Source: an uncultured Candidatus Rokubacteria bacterium (GTDB lineage: Bacteria > Methylomirabilota > Methylomirabilia > Rokubacteriales > CSP1-6). From it: 64,000 nucleotides of DNA. Position numbers and translations under genes: made by a program. Location of the stretch: the NCBI GenBank assembly GCA_963771355.1, contig CAVYTA010000007.1:748586-812585 (forward strand), written 5' to 3'. The first letter of the stretch is position 1. Every line of letters begins with the position of its first letter. Positions 25,876-36,904 of the stretch are shown here, piece after piece. Below the pieces are notes generated by a model, which saw only the letters and a program-made list of their open reading frames with translations, searched no databases and was not told the DNA's origin.

Positions 25876-27968
25876 AGGATAGGCAACATCAACGCCCTCC
25901 GGCGGCGGGCGCCCCGCGCGTGGCCCCCGTCACCGTGACATAACCGCCCAGACTCGGACGCCGGCCGCCCCAGGAGCCGATGGCACAGCGCACATTAGCG
26001 GCCTCCTCGCCGATCGGCGAGCCGACCCGGGTGAGCGGCATGCTAGGCCAGACACACCGCCGCCGTCAATCGGCCGGGACCGGCCGGATCAGCACGGATG
26101 TCACCTCGCGGCGCCGGCACGCGGCGTCCGCCGCGCCCCCGAGCCGATCCGATCAGGACGCGGCGGCGCCGGACTCGGGTGGGGCGGGGCCGGGACTCTG
26201 CCCTGAGGGGCCGATCCCCAGGTGCGCGAGGATCTTCCGGATGACGGCGGGATCGTGCAGCGTGGCGATCAGGCGCAGCCGGCCCCCACAATGGGGACAC
26301 GCCAGAACATCAATGGCGAACGCCCGGTGCATCAGCGCCGCCCAGCTCCAGGCGCGCGGACTGCGGTCTTCACCCCCGTGTCCTCCGGACCTGCGGCCCG
26401 CGGCGCCGTCAAGGCCGTGGGCTCGGGCACCACGCGTCCGTACGCGACCACGCGCGCGCGCCAGCGGGCACGCGCGGCCAACAGGCCATGGCAGATCAGC
26501 AGGTTCGTTTCCGGCCGCGGCGTCATCGCCGCCAGACCGCTCCAGCAACTCCAGCGGCTCGAACACCAGCTCGCGCGTGCCGTCGTGCCACGCCGTCTTC
26601 AGCTCCAGCGCGATGCGGCCGTCGCTCCGCAGCCGCAGGCGCTCCTGCGCGAAGGGCGGACGCAAGATATATCTGCACAGCCGCTCCAGCCCCGCCCGAT
26701 CGTTCGCCGACACCCACACGTTGGCGTGCAGATCGAAGCCCTCCAGGTGCGCCTGCCGCGGCCCGCGCGACGTCACGGTCGCCGTGTCGCGCGCGTCGCC
26801 GAGCCGCCGCACCCGCGCCCCCGCGCGGGGGCCCAGCGCCACCCGCCCCTGCACCGAGGCGCCCGACGATCCCCGCCAGCACGGGGGACTCGTCCGCGAG
26901 CCGATCCGCCGGCCCCGTCGCGTCGTCGGCCGGGCTCCAGGCCGCGGCGCACCAGCAGCCGTTGCACCCGGTGGCGGATCGTCGCCAGCGCCGCCGCGAC
27001 CTCGGCGTCGCTCGGCCCCGGCGCCGGATGAAACACCAGCGCGCCCCCGGGCGCTTCGGTGAACACCCCGTCCAGCACGAGGGTGTGAAAATGCACGTTC
27101 GCGTTCAACGCCGCCGCCCGCGCGCTGCATCGCCGTGACCATGCCGGTCTGCCCACCGGCGATGCCGCGCGCGCGCGCGCCGCGCCGGTACACGTCGAGC
27201 AGCACGCGCGTGTACACCCGCAGCACCGCGCGGCTCAGCCCGTGATTCCACGCCATCTGGTAGCGCAGCCGATACGGCACCGTCAGCACCCACTGCCGCA
27301 CCGGCACCCACGGCAGCACCGCGTCCACCAGATGCGCCGCGCGCTCCGTCATCCGCCGGCCCCCGCAGCTCGGACACCACCCCCGCCCTTTGCACGAAAA
27401 CGGCACCAGGTGCTCGCGCGCGCAGCCCTCGCACCGAAACCGCGCCACGCCGGCCTCGAACACGCCGCACGGCAGGAACTCCCGGAACTCGCGCTCGACG
27501 AACTGCGGCAGGCCCGCGCCGTCGCCGGCCTCCGCCACCGCGCCCAGGAAGGCCTCCAGATGCTCGGCGATGACCTGATGGAGCACGGTGTGCTCGGCGT
27601 CTCGCGGGGCCGGTAGACCGCTCGCGGGAAGGCCATGGCCCCCAGGTGCGGTCAGGGCGCCGACCGGGACAATGCTGAGAGATTGATACACCGAATAGGG
27701 GGGGGATGGCGGCGGCCGAACCGCTGCCGGCGGTGCGTTTACGGTCCGGAACGGTGGGGAGGGCAACCTCGCGCGCGGCGACACGTGGTGTGACCCGGGG
27801 AGGGCGGTGGTCTGGGTGTCCATGGTCTGGCTGGAGCTGGATGGTCCTCCTCGCCTCCAGAGCACATCGAGACTTCTGGGGGAGCCGAGGGAGTGCGCAG
27901 GGAACGTCACGGACGGATTTAGATCGGGATCTCGAGAGCAGAAGCTCAGCGACCTGTTCGCCGGCAAG
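25876..27968 (-). mobile_element. IS91/ISCR-like element, copy 1
   Basis: oriIS-like end (minus strand GTTGATGTTGCCTATCCT) at 25876; upstream region shared with copy 2 runs to the att palindrome; ter boundary uncertain. Confidence 0.85.
26153..27636 (-). CDS. IS91/ISCR-family HUH transposase, frameshifted
   Basis: Zn-binding CEGC...[21 protein letters not shown] motif HFH, LERLCRYILRP. Confidence 0.9.
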
Positions 27969-28067
27969 TGGTTGCGGGCCCCCGCAACCAACAAACACAA
28001 GGGGTTCGGCGCTCTCGCCGAGCCCCTTTCGTGTCTCAGTTAGCCGACTTGTCCCGAAACTTGTCCC
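27969..28067 (+). repeat. att junction 3 (perfect palindromic core plus arm)
   Basis: TGGTTGCGGG-CC-CCCGCAACCA, then an arm nearly identical to 13325-13401. Confidence 0.9.
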
Positions 28068-28100
28068 TCGCCGAAGCCTCTCTCGGCCCTACAACACCCA

Positions 28101-28188
28101 CGGGGGCGACCATAGCGTCGGGTTCACGGCGCCGATCGTGATGGCGGATGGAAGACGGAACGGATGATGCGGAGGTTTGCGGCAGTGA
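28101..28188 (+). pseudogene. Second tyrosine recombinase C-terminal remnant
   Basis: Similar to 13407-13510 (GFTAPIVMA..WKTERMMRRFAAV). Confidence 0.55.
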
Positions 28189-28573
28189 TTGGCAACGGCT
28201 GCGACTTCGGAGACTCCGACTGTTACAGGTTTTGACCAGCAACGGGCGAGGATTGTAGGGCGGCTTGCGTGATGGACAATACCTTCGCCTTCGCCTAGAG
28301 TTGCCTCAATGCGAAAGCTGGCGTTAGCCGGGGCCTTCGCTTGCCTTATCCATACGGCCTCCTCGGCGTTAGAGATTCAACCCTTTCCGCCAGCCCTCGC
28401 TGATCCCCACTTCCTGACGAGTCACAGCAGCAAGGTTTCACCGACAAAACAGTGCTGAAGGAAGCAAGACTCGACATTCTCGGCAGCACCTTCGAGGCCG
28501 AGTACCGCGTGTACAAGAACGATCCTTTTGTGGAGATTGTTCTTTCGAGCACTGGTAAAGACTACAAGAGCGA

Positions 28574-29560
28574 GTGATGGATCGCCGCGCGTTCCTGGCT
28601 GGTGCTGCCGCGCTGCTTGTTGCGCCGCTCGTCGGCGAGGCGCAGCAGGCGGGGAAGATGTGGCGGATCGGCTATCTAGACCAGGGATCGGCGGCCGGTG
28701 GCAGCCTTTATGTGGACGGACTCAGGCAAGGCTTGCGAGAGCTCGGTTGGGTTGAGGGCCAGAACATCGCCGTTGAAGTTCGGTTCGCCGAGGGGAGAAC
28801 CGACCAGCTCCCCGCGCTCGCGGCCGAGCTCGTCCGCCTCAAGGTGGACCTCATCGTCACCTCGACCACGCCAGCGGCCCTAGCTGCCAAGCAAGCCACT
28901 ACGACGATACCCATCGTCATTGGGTTTGCTGCCGATCCGGTTGGGAGTGGAATCGTCGCCAGCCTTGCGCGCCCCGGAGGAAACATCACTGGGTGGACGC
29001 ACTCGGGTCTTGAGTTGAGGGCCAAATATTTGGAGTTGCTCAAGGAAGCCGTTCCCGAGGCCACTCGCTTCGGTGTCCTTTGGAACCCTGCTAACCAGGT
29101 ACATCAACCGTCGTTGAAGGTCATCGAAGACGCCGCTCAGCGACTCAAGGTGGAGTTGCACCTAGCTGGCGTACAAGAACCCAAAGAGATCGAGCGCGCC
29201 GTCTCGGCGCTGGTGAAGAGGGGCGTACAGGCCCTCGTAGTGTTCCCAGATGGGATGTTTCAAGCTCAGACACCGCTCATCATCGCCGTTGCCGCCCGGA
29301 ACCGGCTCCCTACGATGTACGGCCTCAGGGAGTATGCGGAGGTCGGAGGTCTGATGGTCTACGGGGCCAATGTGGCCGAGATGCACCGGCAGCTCGGCGC
29401 GTCCTTAGTGGACAAGATTCTTCGCGGTGCCAAGCCCGCAAACCTTCCCGTCGCGCAACCGATGAAGTTTGACCTGGTGATCAACCTCAAGACCGCGAAG
29501 GCCCTCGGCCTCAAGATCCCTCAGTCGCTCTTACTGCGGGCAGATCAGGTGATCGAGTGA
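28574..29560 (+). CDS. ABC transporter substrate-binding protein
   Basis: MDRRAFL leader, GLRELGWVEGQN, SLARPGGNITG, LVINLKTAKALGL. Confidence 0.9.
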   Translation: MMDRRAFLAGAAALLVAPLVGEAQQAGKMWRIGYLDQGSAAGGSLYVDGLRQGLRELGWVEGQNIAVEVRFAEGRTDQLPALAAELVRLKVDLIVTSTTPAALAAKQATTTIPIVIGFAADPVGSGIVASLARPGGNITGWTHSGLELRAKYLELLKEAVPEATRFGVLWNPANQVHQPSLKVIEDAAQRLKVELHLAGVQEPKEIERAVSALVKRGVQALVVFPDGMFQAQTPLIIAVAARNRLPTMYGLREYAEVGGLMVYGANVAEMHRQLGASLVDKILRGAKPANLPVAQPMKFDLVINLKTAKALGLKIPQSLLLRADQVIE

Positions 29561-30555
29561 TGATGGAGCGGCGGGCGTTCGTTGCTGGTGCAGTCGCCCT
29601 CCTCGCCGCGCCGCTCGCCGCCGAGGCCCAGTCGGCGGAGAAGGTGTACCGGATCGGCTATCTCTCCATCGGCTCGGGCACGGGCGCCGTCTACACTCGT
29701 CCCCTGGAGGGGTTCCGGCAACGGCTGCGTGAGCTCGGGTGGGTCGAGGGCCGGAACATCGCCATCGAATTTCGCTATGCCGAGGGCCGTGCCGACCGGC
29801 TGCCGGGCCTCGCCGACGAGCTGGTCCGCCTCAAGGTCGACATCATCACGGCCGTGCCGACGCCCGCTGCCTTGGCCGCCAGGAATGCCACGAACACGAT
29901 CCCCATCGTCGGAATGAGTCTTACCGAACCGGTCGCGGTCGGGCTCGTGGCGAGCCTCGCGCGCCCAGGCGGCAACGTCACGGGGGTCTCCTACACCTTC
30001 GGCACGGAGCTTTTCGGCAAGCAGCTCGAGCTGCTCCGGGACGTCGCTCCCAAGGTGCGCCGTGTGGCCGTCCTCGCGAGCCCGACCGGGATCCCCGCCT
30101 ATCCGCAAATGTTGGACGCCTCCAGGGCCGCGGCCAGGTCGCTAGGACTGGAGCTTCAGCTCCTCGAGGTCCGCGAGCCCTCCGACTTCGACAGCGCCTT
30201 CGCGGCGATGGCCAAGGAGCGCGTGGGATCACTCCTCGTCATGGGGCACCCGCTGTTTTTCATCCACCGGACGCGGCTCGCCGATCTCGCGGCAAGGAAC
30301 CGGCTCCCGTCGATGTCCACGCAGGAGCAATGGGTGGAGGCGGGGGGCCTCATGTCGTACGGGCCGAACTTCGTCGATCTGTACCGGCGCGGCGCGACCT
30401 ACGTGGACCGGATTCTCAAGGGCGCCAAGCCCGGCGACCTGCCCATCGAGCAGCCAACCAATTTGTCGCTGGTGCTCAACCTCAAGACCGCCAAGGCGCT
30501 CGGCCTGACGATTCCGCCGTCGCTCCTAGCCCGGGCGGATCAGGTGATCGAGTAG
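29557..30555 (+). CDS. ABC transporter substrate-binding protein (paralog)
   Basis: Same motifs as the preceding gene; overlapping start/stop. Confidence 0.9.
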   Translation: MMMERRAFVAGAVALLAAPLAAEAQSAEKVYRIGYLSIGSGTGAVYTRPLEGFRQRLRELGWVEGRNIAIEFRYAEGRADRLPGLADELVRLKVDIITAVPTPAALAARNATNTIPIVGMSLTEPVAVGLVASLARPGGNVTGVSYTFGTELFGKQLELLRDVAPKVRRVAVLASPTGIPAYPQMLDASRAAARSLGLELQLLEVREPSDFDSAFAAMAKERVGSLLVMGHPLFFIHRTRLADLAARNRLPSMSTQEQWVEAGGLMSYGPNFVDLYRRGATYVDRILKGAKPGDLPIEQPTNLSLVLNLKTAKALGLTIPPSLLARADQVIE

Positions 30556-30572
30556 AAACGAAGGAGGCGACC

Positions 30573-30767
30573 ATGGACAATCCAATGTTCGCAAGGGTCG
30601 TGATCGGCATAGGCACGGTCCTCGTCCTTATCGCACTGTTCGCTGACCCCTTGGGCTTGGGGGGTCGGTCTGGTTTCGGGTGGAAGCAGGGGCTTGGGTT
30701 GGTCATCGGCGCCGTGGTCATTCTGGCGGGACTCTATCTGCGGCGCCGGGGGAAGGCGCCTATGTAG
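30573..30767 (+). CDS. Small two-TM membrane protein
   Basis: AAGGAGG RBS; two hydrophobic helices. Confidence 0.65.
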   Translation: MDNPMFARVVIGIGTVLVLIALFADPLGLGGRSGFGWKQGLGLVIGAVVILAGLYLRRRGKAPM

Positions 30768-30995
30768 GAACTAGCCACCCGCGGAGTACGCTGAGGGCAC
30801 CAGGTGCGAGCCGAGGCACCTGGCACTTGCCCGAAGGCGATGAGCCGTCCATGGCCGAGGCTCTTGTGGCGTTCGTCGGCTAGTTTGCGCCCTCGACCGC
30901 GTATGCGCGGAAGTTGGCGCCCTTGTCGCGCGGAGGCACTAACTCCTTGGCCCCTACTGCCTGCCCCTTGACAGTCTGTAGCCGATAGAGTACAA

Positions 30996-31199
30996 ATGAC
31001 CCCGATAGAGACTATGGCGATGCGACTAAAGACGCTTCGAAAAGCGCGCGGCATGAGTCAGGAGGCGCTGGCGGAGCGCGCGGGCATCAGCCGCACGTAT
31101 CTGGCTCGGCTGGAGACGGCCCGACAAGATCCGACGCTCTCAACGCTCGAGAAGCTGGCGAAGGCACTGAAGGTGCCCATCGAGAAGCTGCTGAAGTGA
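30996..31199 (+). CDS. XRE-family HTH regulator
   Basis: LRKARGMSQEALAERAGISRTYLARLE...PTLSTLEKLAKAL. Confidence 0.9.
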   Translation: MTPIETMAMRLKTLRKARGMSQEALAERAGISRTYLARLETARQDPTLSTLEKLAKALKVPIEKLLK

Positions 31200-31525
31200 T
31201 CCCCGACGCCCGCGAGCTTCACCGTATCATCACTGCCAGCGTGCGCGAGTTGCCGCCCGGCTCGAGGCGCAGGCCGGCGTGGTGGACGACGCCCAGCTCG
31301 AGCGGCTCATCTTCCGCGCCGCCGCGCCCATCGTCCATAGCGGCGAATATGATTCGACGCAACGTACGCGCAGTATTCCATGCCGTCAGACCAATGCAGT
31401 ACTGCGGTACAATCCTGCCGTGGTCGCTCGCCGCCCAATTCAAATGACGCCTGTGGTCCTCCGGAATTCGGGTTTCCCAGGGTTTGGGATCTAGACTGCT
31501 GTCTTTTGGAACGAAAGGACTTGCG

Positions 31526-32377
31526 ATGATAGAGGCCTTGCGCGGCATCGTCATGGTTCCCGGCGGATGGCCAGGCAGTCGCGCCTCCGCGTCTGTCCTT
31601 GCTCTCTTGTTTCTTCTTGCCGCGTCTCCCGCGAATGCCGGGTTGAAAATTCGACCGGTGTTCTTGGGGGGTGCTCCGCCCGCTGACTCGAAGATGGTTG
31701 GTGGTGGCAATCTCGAGGAGATCTTCAAGGTTGCCGCCGAGTCCTGGGAAAACGTCTTCAAGACTGGCGGCGGAAACTGGGATGTCACGATTGAGTACGA
31801 GTGGAGCCCCAAATACCCAACGTGGGGAAAGGAGGAGCTCATTGCCCAAGGCGGGAATCCAGTACGCATGACGCGGTCTCGTATCACCTTCAACAACAAT
31901 CCGCCCGCGCCAGGCTTTTACGCCGATCCGACCCCACGCGACAGTACGGAGTACAAAAAGTTCACGTCGTACTTGATAGAGGATGTCCTGCTGAATCGTG
32001 CTCGCATTTTCAGCGAGGCGACCGGAGACGCCGAAGGCAGGATAGACCTCTTGACGATCGCCACCCACGAGATCGGCCACGCACTAGGGCTTGACTTCGA
32101 TTACGTTGGCTATGATTGTCGGCCTATCCCAGATGTTCCTGGTTGTTTTGTCACCGTCACGCCTCCCAGACCGTACGCCGGGTTTCTGATTGGAATCGAC
32201 ACTTCGGGTCACCTCGAGCTTGGCTACTACGCTCAGAATGATGCGGGCCCTCTGATGGTTAGGGACCCGCACCCTGGAGAGCGGCAGCTTATCAGCGCTC
32301 TCGATGCGCTCCTGATTGCGCAGCTCAGCTCGTTCGACAAGCCGAACCTTAACCCGGCGTTGCCACCTCCGTGGTGA
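31526..32377 (+). CDS. Secreted zinc metallopeptidase-like protein
   Basis: Signal peptide; DLLTIATHEIGHALGL motif. Confidence 0.65.
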   Translation: MIEALRGIVMVPGGWPGSRASASVLALLFLLAASPANAGLKIRPVFLGGAPPADSKMVGGGNLEEIFKVAAESWENVFKTGGGNWDVTIEYEWSPKYPTWGKEELIAQGGNPVRMTRSRITFNNNPPAPGFYADPTPRDSTEYKKFTSYLIEDVLLNRARIFSEATGDAEGRIDLLTIATHEIGHALGLDFDYVGYDCRPIPDVPGCFVTVTPPRPYAGFLIGIDTSGHLELGYYAQNDAGPLMVRDPHPGERQLISALDALLIAQLSSFDKPNLNPALPPPW

Positions 32378-32723
32378 TGGGTTTTGTGAACACGCTCGTG
32401 TCCGGGTATCAGCTACCTGTGTGTTCAAGGGACTACGGGTCGCCAGGATCTAGGCGGCTAGTGCCAGGCAGACCCAGCTTCGAGACTAGGTAGCTACCGA
32501 AGCAGGTCAATCCAGAAAATGTCCGGTTGCGTGTAGCATTCAGCATATCCAGCCCCCGCAACCAGAGCAAACAGGGCCTTGGAGGATCGTCAGCCTCCAA
32601 GATCCTTCGTGCCGTTCGGTTAGTGTCCTCTCCTTCTTCTGCTATGATCCCGAGGCGGGCACCACCGCCGGCAACTGTCCACGAGCGGAGTTCATCGCGG
32701 AAGACCAGTTCGCAGGGGGAGAC

Positions 32724-33401
32724 ATGACGATACCGATGGCAGGCTCTCGACCGCCACTGCAACCGGGGGAGACAGCGCCGGACTTTTCGCTGCCACTCGT
32801 GTCGGAAGCAGGAACGGTGTCGCTCCAGGACTACCTCGGGCGAACGCCAGTCCTCCTCGTGCTCTTGCGGTACATTTGGTGACCGTTCTGCCGCCGGCAC
32901 ATCGCCCAGTTGGGCGGTACGCGCGCGAAGCTCGAAGCCCTCGGGATCGAAGCGCTTGGAATTACCGAAGACAGCGCTGAGCCGGTACGACGCTATTACC
33001 GGATCAGGCCGTCGAAGCTGCGATTGGCGACTGATGCGGAGCGGGTGGTTCATCGTAACTATGGCCTGCCGATGCCGCTGTACGCGGGTGCCTATACGGA
33101 GCTCCGGGAGACCACGCTGATCAATCCCACCGGTGAGCTGCCAGCGCCGATGCCGATCCCGGCCGCGATGAAACGCCTGGACGAGAAGGACGGTCTCGTC
33201 GCGTTGCCCGAGGCCAAGGCCGTGATGGATGCTTTCGCGAAACGAGAATACGCGATGCATGTGGGCCACTTTCTCGTGGATCGATCGGGCGTGGTGCGCT
33301 GGACCTGGGTGGAGAGCCCATCGACCGAGGATATCTCCCAGTACGGTCGCTTCCCCACCGATGACGAGATCCTGGCGGCAGTCCGCTCCGCGGGGTGCTG
33401 A
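32724..33401 (+). CDS. AhpC/TSA-family redoxin with in-frame TGA (probable selenocysteine, UxxC)
   Basis: LQPGETAPDFSLP...LLRYIW-TGA(32880-32882)-PFCRRH; frame stays open to FLVDRSGVVRW. Confidence 0.8.
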
Positions 33402-33430
33402 ACTGCCAAGGACCTCCCGTTGCTGGTCGA

Positions 33431-33548
33431 GCCCCCGCAACCAACAAACACAAGGGGTTCGGCGCTCTCGCCGAGCCCCTTTCGTGTTTCAGCTAGCCGA
33501 CTTGTCCCAAAACTTGTCCCACGCCGAAGCCGTTCCTGGCCCTACAAC
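33431..33548 (+). repeat. att junction 4 (tRNA 3' end plus arm, no left palindrome half)
   Basis: GCCCCCGCAACCAACAAACACAAGGGG...ACTTGTCCC twice...GGCCCTACAAC. Confidence 0.88.
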
Positions 33549-34254
33549 CGCCTGACATTCGACTGTTCCCTGGCCACCAGATTTCGGTTGTGTGCCCCCG
33601 GGGGAGTACCCCTCGTTCAACATCATGTTGGAATTTGCGAACTTCGGCGCGAGGCTCGGGGTGCTTCAGTTCGTTGAGAGAGTGAGGATGCCCGACAAGG
33701 TGAGCCCGCTGTTCGAGTGGTTTTCCCCAGGCCCTCCGAAGTATCGCCACGGTGTTACGGCGCCCCTCCTGCTGCTCCTGCCGGCGGTTTGAATTCCCTC
33801 TCCAGCCGGCGACGCTCGTATTCGGAATACTCCTTGCTGCCGCCGACATAGACACAGTGGCAATTGTCGGGATCTGCATATATGTACACGACGTTGCCGT
33901 CCTTGGTTCGGCTCACGAGCCGATGCGGCGGTATCGACCGAAGATCCTCCTGCAGCTCAGTGGTATCCGTGGGACGCATGTGAAACCCCGCCGCTACGAG
34001 CATTTGCTCCGTATCTCGCTGGATCGCCGCGCATGCCGCACCGAGAAGCATCGGCACGGCAAGGAGCAGGGCTTCGGGCAAGGGCGTGAGGTGCTGTTGC
34101 AACTTGCCCTTGACCGGACTTGCTGTTCCCGGACGGTTCGAGGTCGTCAAGCAGTTACCTCCTCCACGGCCGCTTCCCATCTGACGCCAGCTAGGTCCGT
34201 TGGCTCTTGTCACACTAATCGGTGTGGAGCCGATGAAGGCTGAGCCATTGGTCT

Positions 34255-34490
34255 GGAATGCACGATGATCGCAGCAGCCGTCCAACGTGACGTTGATGGA
34301 ATACCGAAGGGGTCGCATGGCGTCAGCGTAGCGCCGATCGGCCAAAGACGATGGGCACGGGCGCGAGCAAGAGGTCGGCGAAGAGCATCTGGCTGTCCGT
34401 GACCCAGGCGGAGTCATAGCCAAGCGACTCGACGTACGGGTAGAAGTCGATCTCGTCGATGTCGGCCATCACGCAGACACTCAGGCGCAT
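34255..34490 (-). pseudogene. Two abutting 5' gene fragments: LLM-class oxidoreductase and DHFR/RibD-C family
   Basis: MRLSVCV...LGYDSAWVTDSQML (from 34490) and MRPLRYSINVTLDGCCDH (from 34318), each ending abruptly. Confidence 0.55.
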
Positions 34491-34648
34491 AGCGGGTACG
34501 ATACCTCAATCACGAATCCGGTTTCTTCCCCACGCGAGCTTATCAGACCTCTGCCGGGGAAGGATCTGCCGCATACGCCTAAAGTCCGATTGACCGCCGA
34601 AACAGACGCTTTCTACGATGTCGTCACACCCTTGAACAAGGAGGCCAT

Positions 34649-34945
34649 ATGAAGTGGAATGTCCGTCTTCAGGTCGGCATCTTGACGTTCGCGCTCACTG
34701 CGCCGGGCATTTTAGTCATGCCCATCGCTGGATACGCGCAAACCCAGTCGAAGGAGCGGCGGGACGACCGGCAGGATGATCGGAAGGGGTCGCGGGACAC
34801 CAAGCAGGAGGGCCGCCAGGACGCACGTACCGAAAAGGCGGCATGTAAGAAGGGGGATGAGAAGAGTCGGGCGGAGTGCCGGCAGGACAAGCGGGGCACC
34901 AAGCAAGACGCGCGTGAGGGAGCCAGGGAGATCAAGAAAGACTAG
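34649..34945 (+). CDS. Small secreted charged protein
   Basis: AAGGAGG RBS, signal peptide, RQD/KQE repeats, one Cys pair. Confidence 0.65.
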   Translation: MKWNVRLQVGILTFALTAPGILVMPIAGYAQTQSKERRDDRQDDRKGSRDTKQEGRQDARTEKAACKKGDEKSRAECRQDKRGTKQDAREGAREIKKD

Positions 34946-34952
34946 CCGTCGA

Positions 34953-35101
34953 CCGCGGACCGTCTCCGGCGACGATCTCGCGAAGGCGATCGCTGACCTT
35001 GGCGATCGGGTGACCCGCCAAACCGGCAGCCATGTTCGGCTGACCACTCTCGAACGCGGCGAGCGCCACAGCACGATACCGCGTCACGCGGCCCTCAGGT
35101 G
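34953..35101 (+). pseudogene. HicA toxin fragment
   Basis: PRTVSGDDLAKAIADLG.RVTRQTGSHVRLTT...TIPRH; lacks start and C-terminus. Confidence 0.65.
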
Positions 35102-35482
35102 CGCGGTTGGGCGAGGCGGTCACGCACCGCGGCGGCCATCTGCGCCACCGTGGCCGCTTCTAGGATCACGGCCAGTGAGAGTTCCAGGCTCCACGTGGCC
35201 AGCACCTGCGATGCGATGCGCATGGCGGCGAGGGAGTCCCCCCAGGTCGAGGAACTGATCGTCGATGCCCACTGAGTCCAGATCGAGCACCGACGCCCAG
35301 AGGTCGGCGAGCCACCGCTCCAGCTCGTCGCGCGGCGGCGCGTACTGCGTGTCGAGGGGATAGGCAACCAGGTCGAGGAACTGATCGTCGATGTCCACTG
35401 AGTCCAGATCGAGCACCGACGCCCAGAGGTCGCCGAGCCACCGCTCCAGCTCGTCGCGCGGCGGCGCGTACTGCGTGTCGAG
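35095..35482 (-). pseudogene. NRPS-type carrier (PCP) domain 3' fragment, partly duplicated
   Basis: YAPPRDELERWLADLWASVL..VGIDDQFLDLGG(D)SLAAMRI; starts at the oriIS repeat. Confidence 0.75.
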
Positions 35483-35616
35483 AGGATAGGCAACATGAAC
35501 GCCCTCCGGCGGCGGGCGCCCCTGGCTTGGGTTCCCGTCACCGTGCTTGGGTCCCGTCCCCGTGACACAACCTGCCGGACTCGGACGCCAGCCGCCCCAG
35601 GAGCCGCCGGCACAGC
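35483..35616 (-). repeat. oriIS-end repeat R5 (diverged, internal ~20 bp duplication)
   Basis: AGGATAGGCAACATGAACGCC...CCAGGAGCCGCCGGCACAGC. Confidence 0.9.
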
Positions 35617-35711
35617 TGGGCAGTCGCGCTGGCGGCGACAGATGCTAGGCTGGCTGCTCAGAGGTCAGCGCGCGCGCGGCAGCGTCGCGAGCGCGGGGAG
35701 GACGTGCCGGC

Positions 35712-36889
35712 ATGAGCAACCTGCCCCCGGGATTGAAGCCGAGACCGCGACCGTCGATCTCCGCCCGCGCCCTCGACGAGAAGCTCCCGCCGCCGCTGCG
35801 CGCCTATCTCGAGCGCGCCGAGGCCGCGGTGGCCGAGCCCTTTCGCGGGATCACCGCCGGCGGCGCCGTGGTCCCCGGCCTGTTCCCGCTGCAGCGCACG
35901 GGCGTGTCGACGGCACCGATCCGCGAGGCCGCGGCGGCGTGGCTCGCCGCGCTGAGCCCGTCCCAGCGCGCGCGCGCCGCCTTCCCGGTGGACTCCGACG
36001 CCTGGCGGCGCTGGAGCAACATCCACCCCTTCATCATGCGCCACGGCGTCTCGCTCGACGAGCATGACCGAGCCGCAGCGCGAGCGGCGCTGGCCCTGCT
36101 GCAGCGCCACCTGAGCGCGGCCGGCTTCGAGACGCCCGCGACGTCATGCGGCTCAACGAGACGATCCGCGAGATCACCGGCCGCGACGACGAGTACGGCG
36201 AGTGGCTCTACTGGCTCAGCCTGTTCGGCAGCCGTCCGCAGACCGAGCCGTGGGGCTGGCAGCTCGACGGCCACCACCTCATCGTCAACTGCTTCGTCCT
36301 CGGCGACCAGGTCGTGATCACGCCGGTGTTCATGGGCTCGGAGCCGGTGGTCGCCGACGAGTGGCCTGTACGCGGGCACGCGCGTCATGCAGCGAGGAGC
36401 GCGACGGCCTGGCGCTGATGCGCGCCTCGACGCCGAGCAGCAGGCGGCGCGCGATCGCTCGGCGCACGGAGCTGCCCGGCGAGGTCGTTCACCGCCGCCT
36501 TCCGCGACAACTTCGAGCTGCGCTACGAGGGCATCCGCTACGAGCGAGCTCGCCGCCGGCCAGCAGCGACCAGCTGCTCGCGCTCATCGAGATCTACGTC
36601 GGCCGCATCGCGCCCGGGCACGCCGAGGTCAGGCTGGACGAGGTGCGCGGCACCTCGCCGAGACCTACTTCGCCTGGATGGGCGGCACGGCGACGACAGC
36701 GTCTTCTACTACCGCGTGCACAGCCCGGTCATCCTCATCGAGTTCGACCACCAGGGCGGCATCGCGTTCGACAACAACACGCCGTCGCGCAACCACATCC
36801 ACACCATCGTGCGCACGCCGAACGGCAACGACTACGGGAAGGACCTGCTGCGGCAGCACTACGCGCTGCACCACCGGCGTTCGGCCTAG
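35712..36889 (+). pseudogene. DUF3500-like protein, frameshifted
   Basis: [58 protein letters not shown]. Confidence 0.75.
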
Positions 36890-36904
36890 CGAGCGACGCT
36901 GCGG

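Noticed and set aside
27969..27990. Additional tRNA genes at the att copies
   Set aside because: Only ~13 nt of the 3' end are present; no cloverleaf.
26153..28000. 615-aa transposase starting at 28000 as in the ORF track
   Set aside because: Comparison with copy 2 puts the start at 27636; the extension crosses non-coding element DNA and the att site.
30996..31199. Prophage inferred from the XRE regulator and att sites
   Set aside because: No structural, terminase or replication genes in the window.
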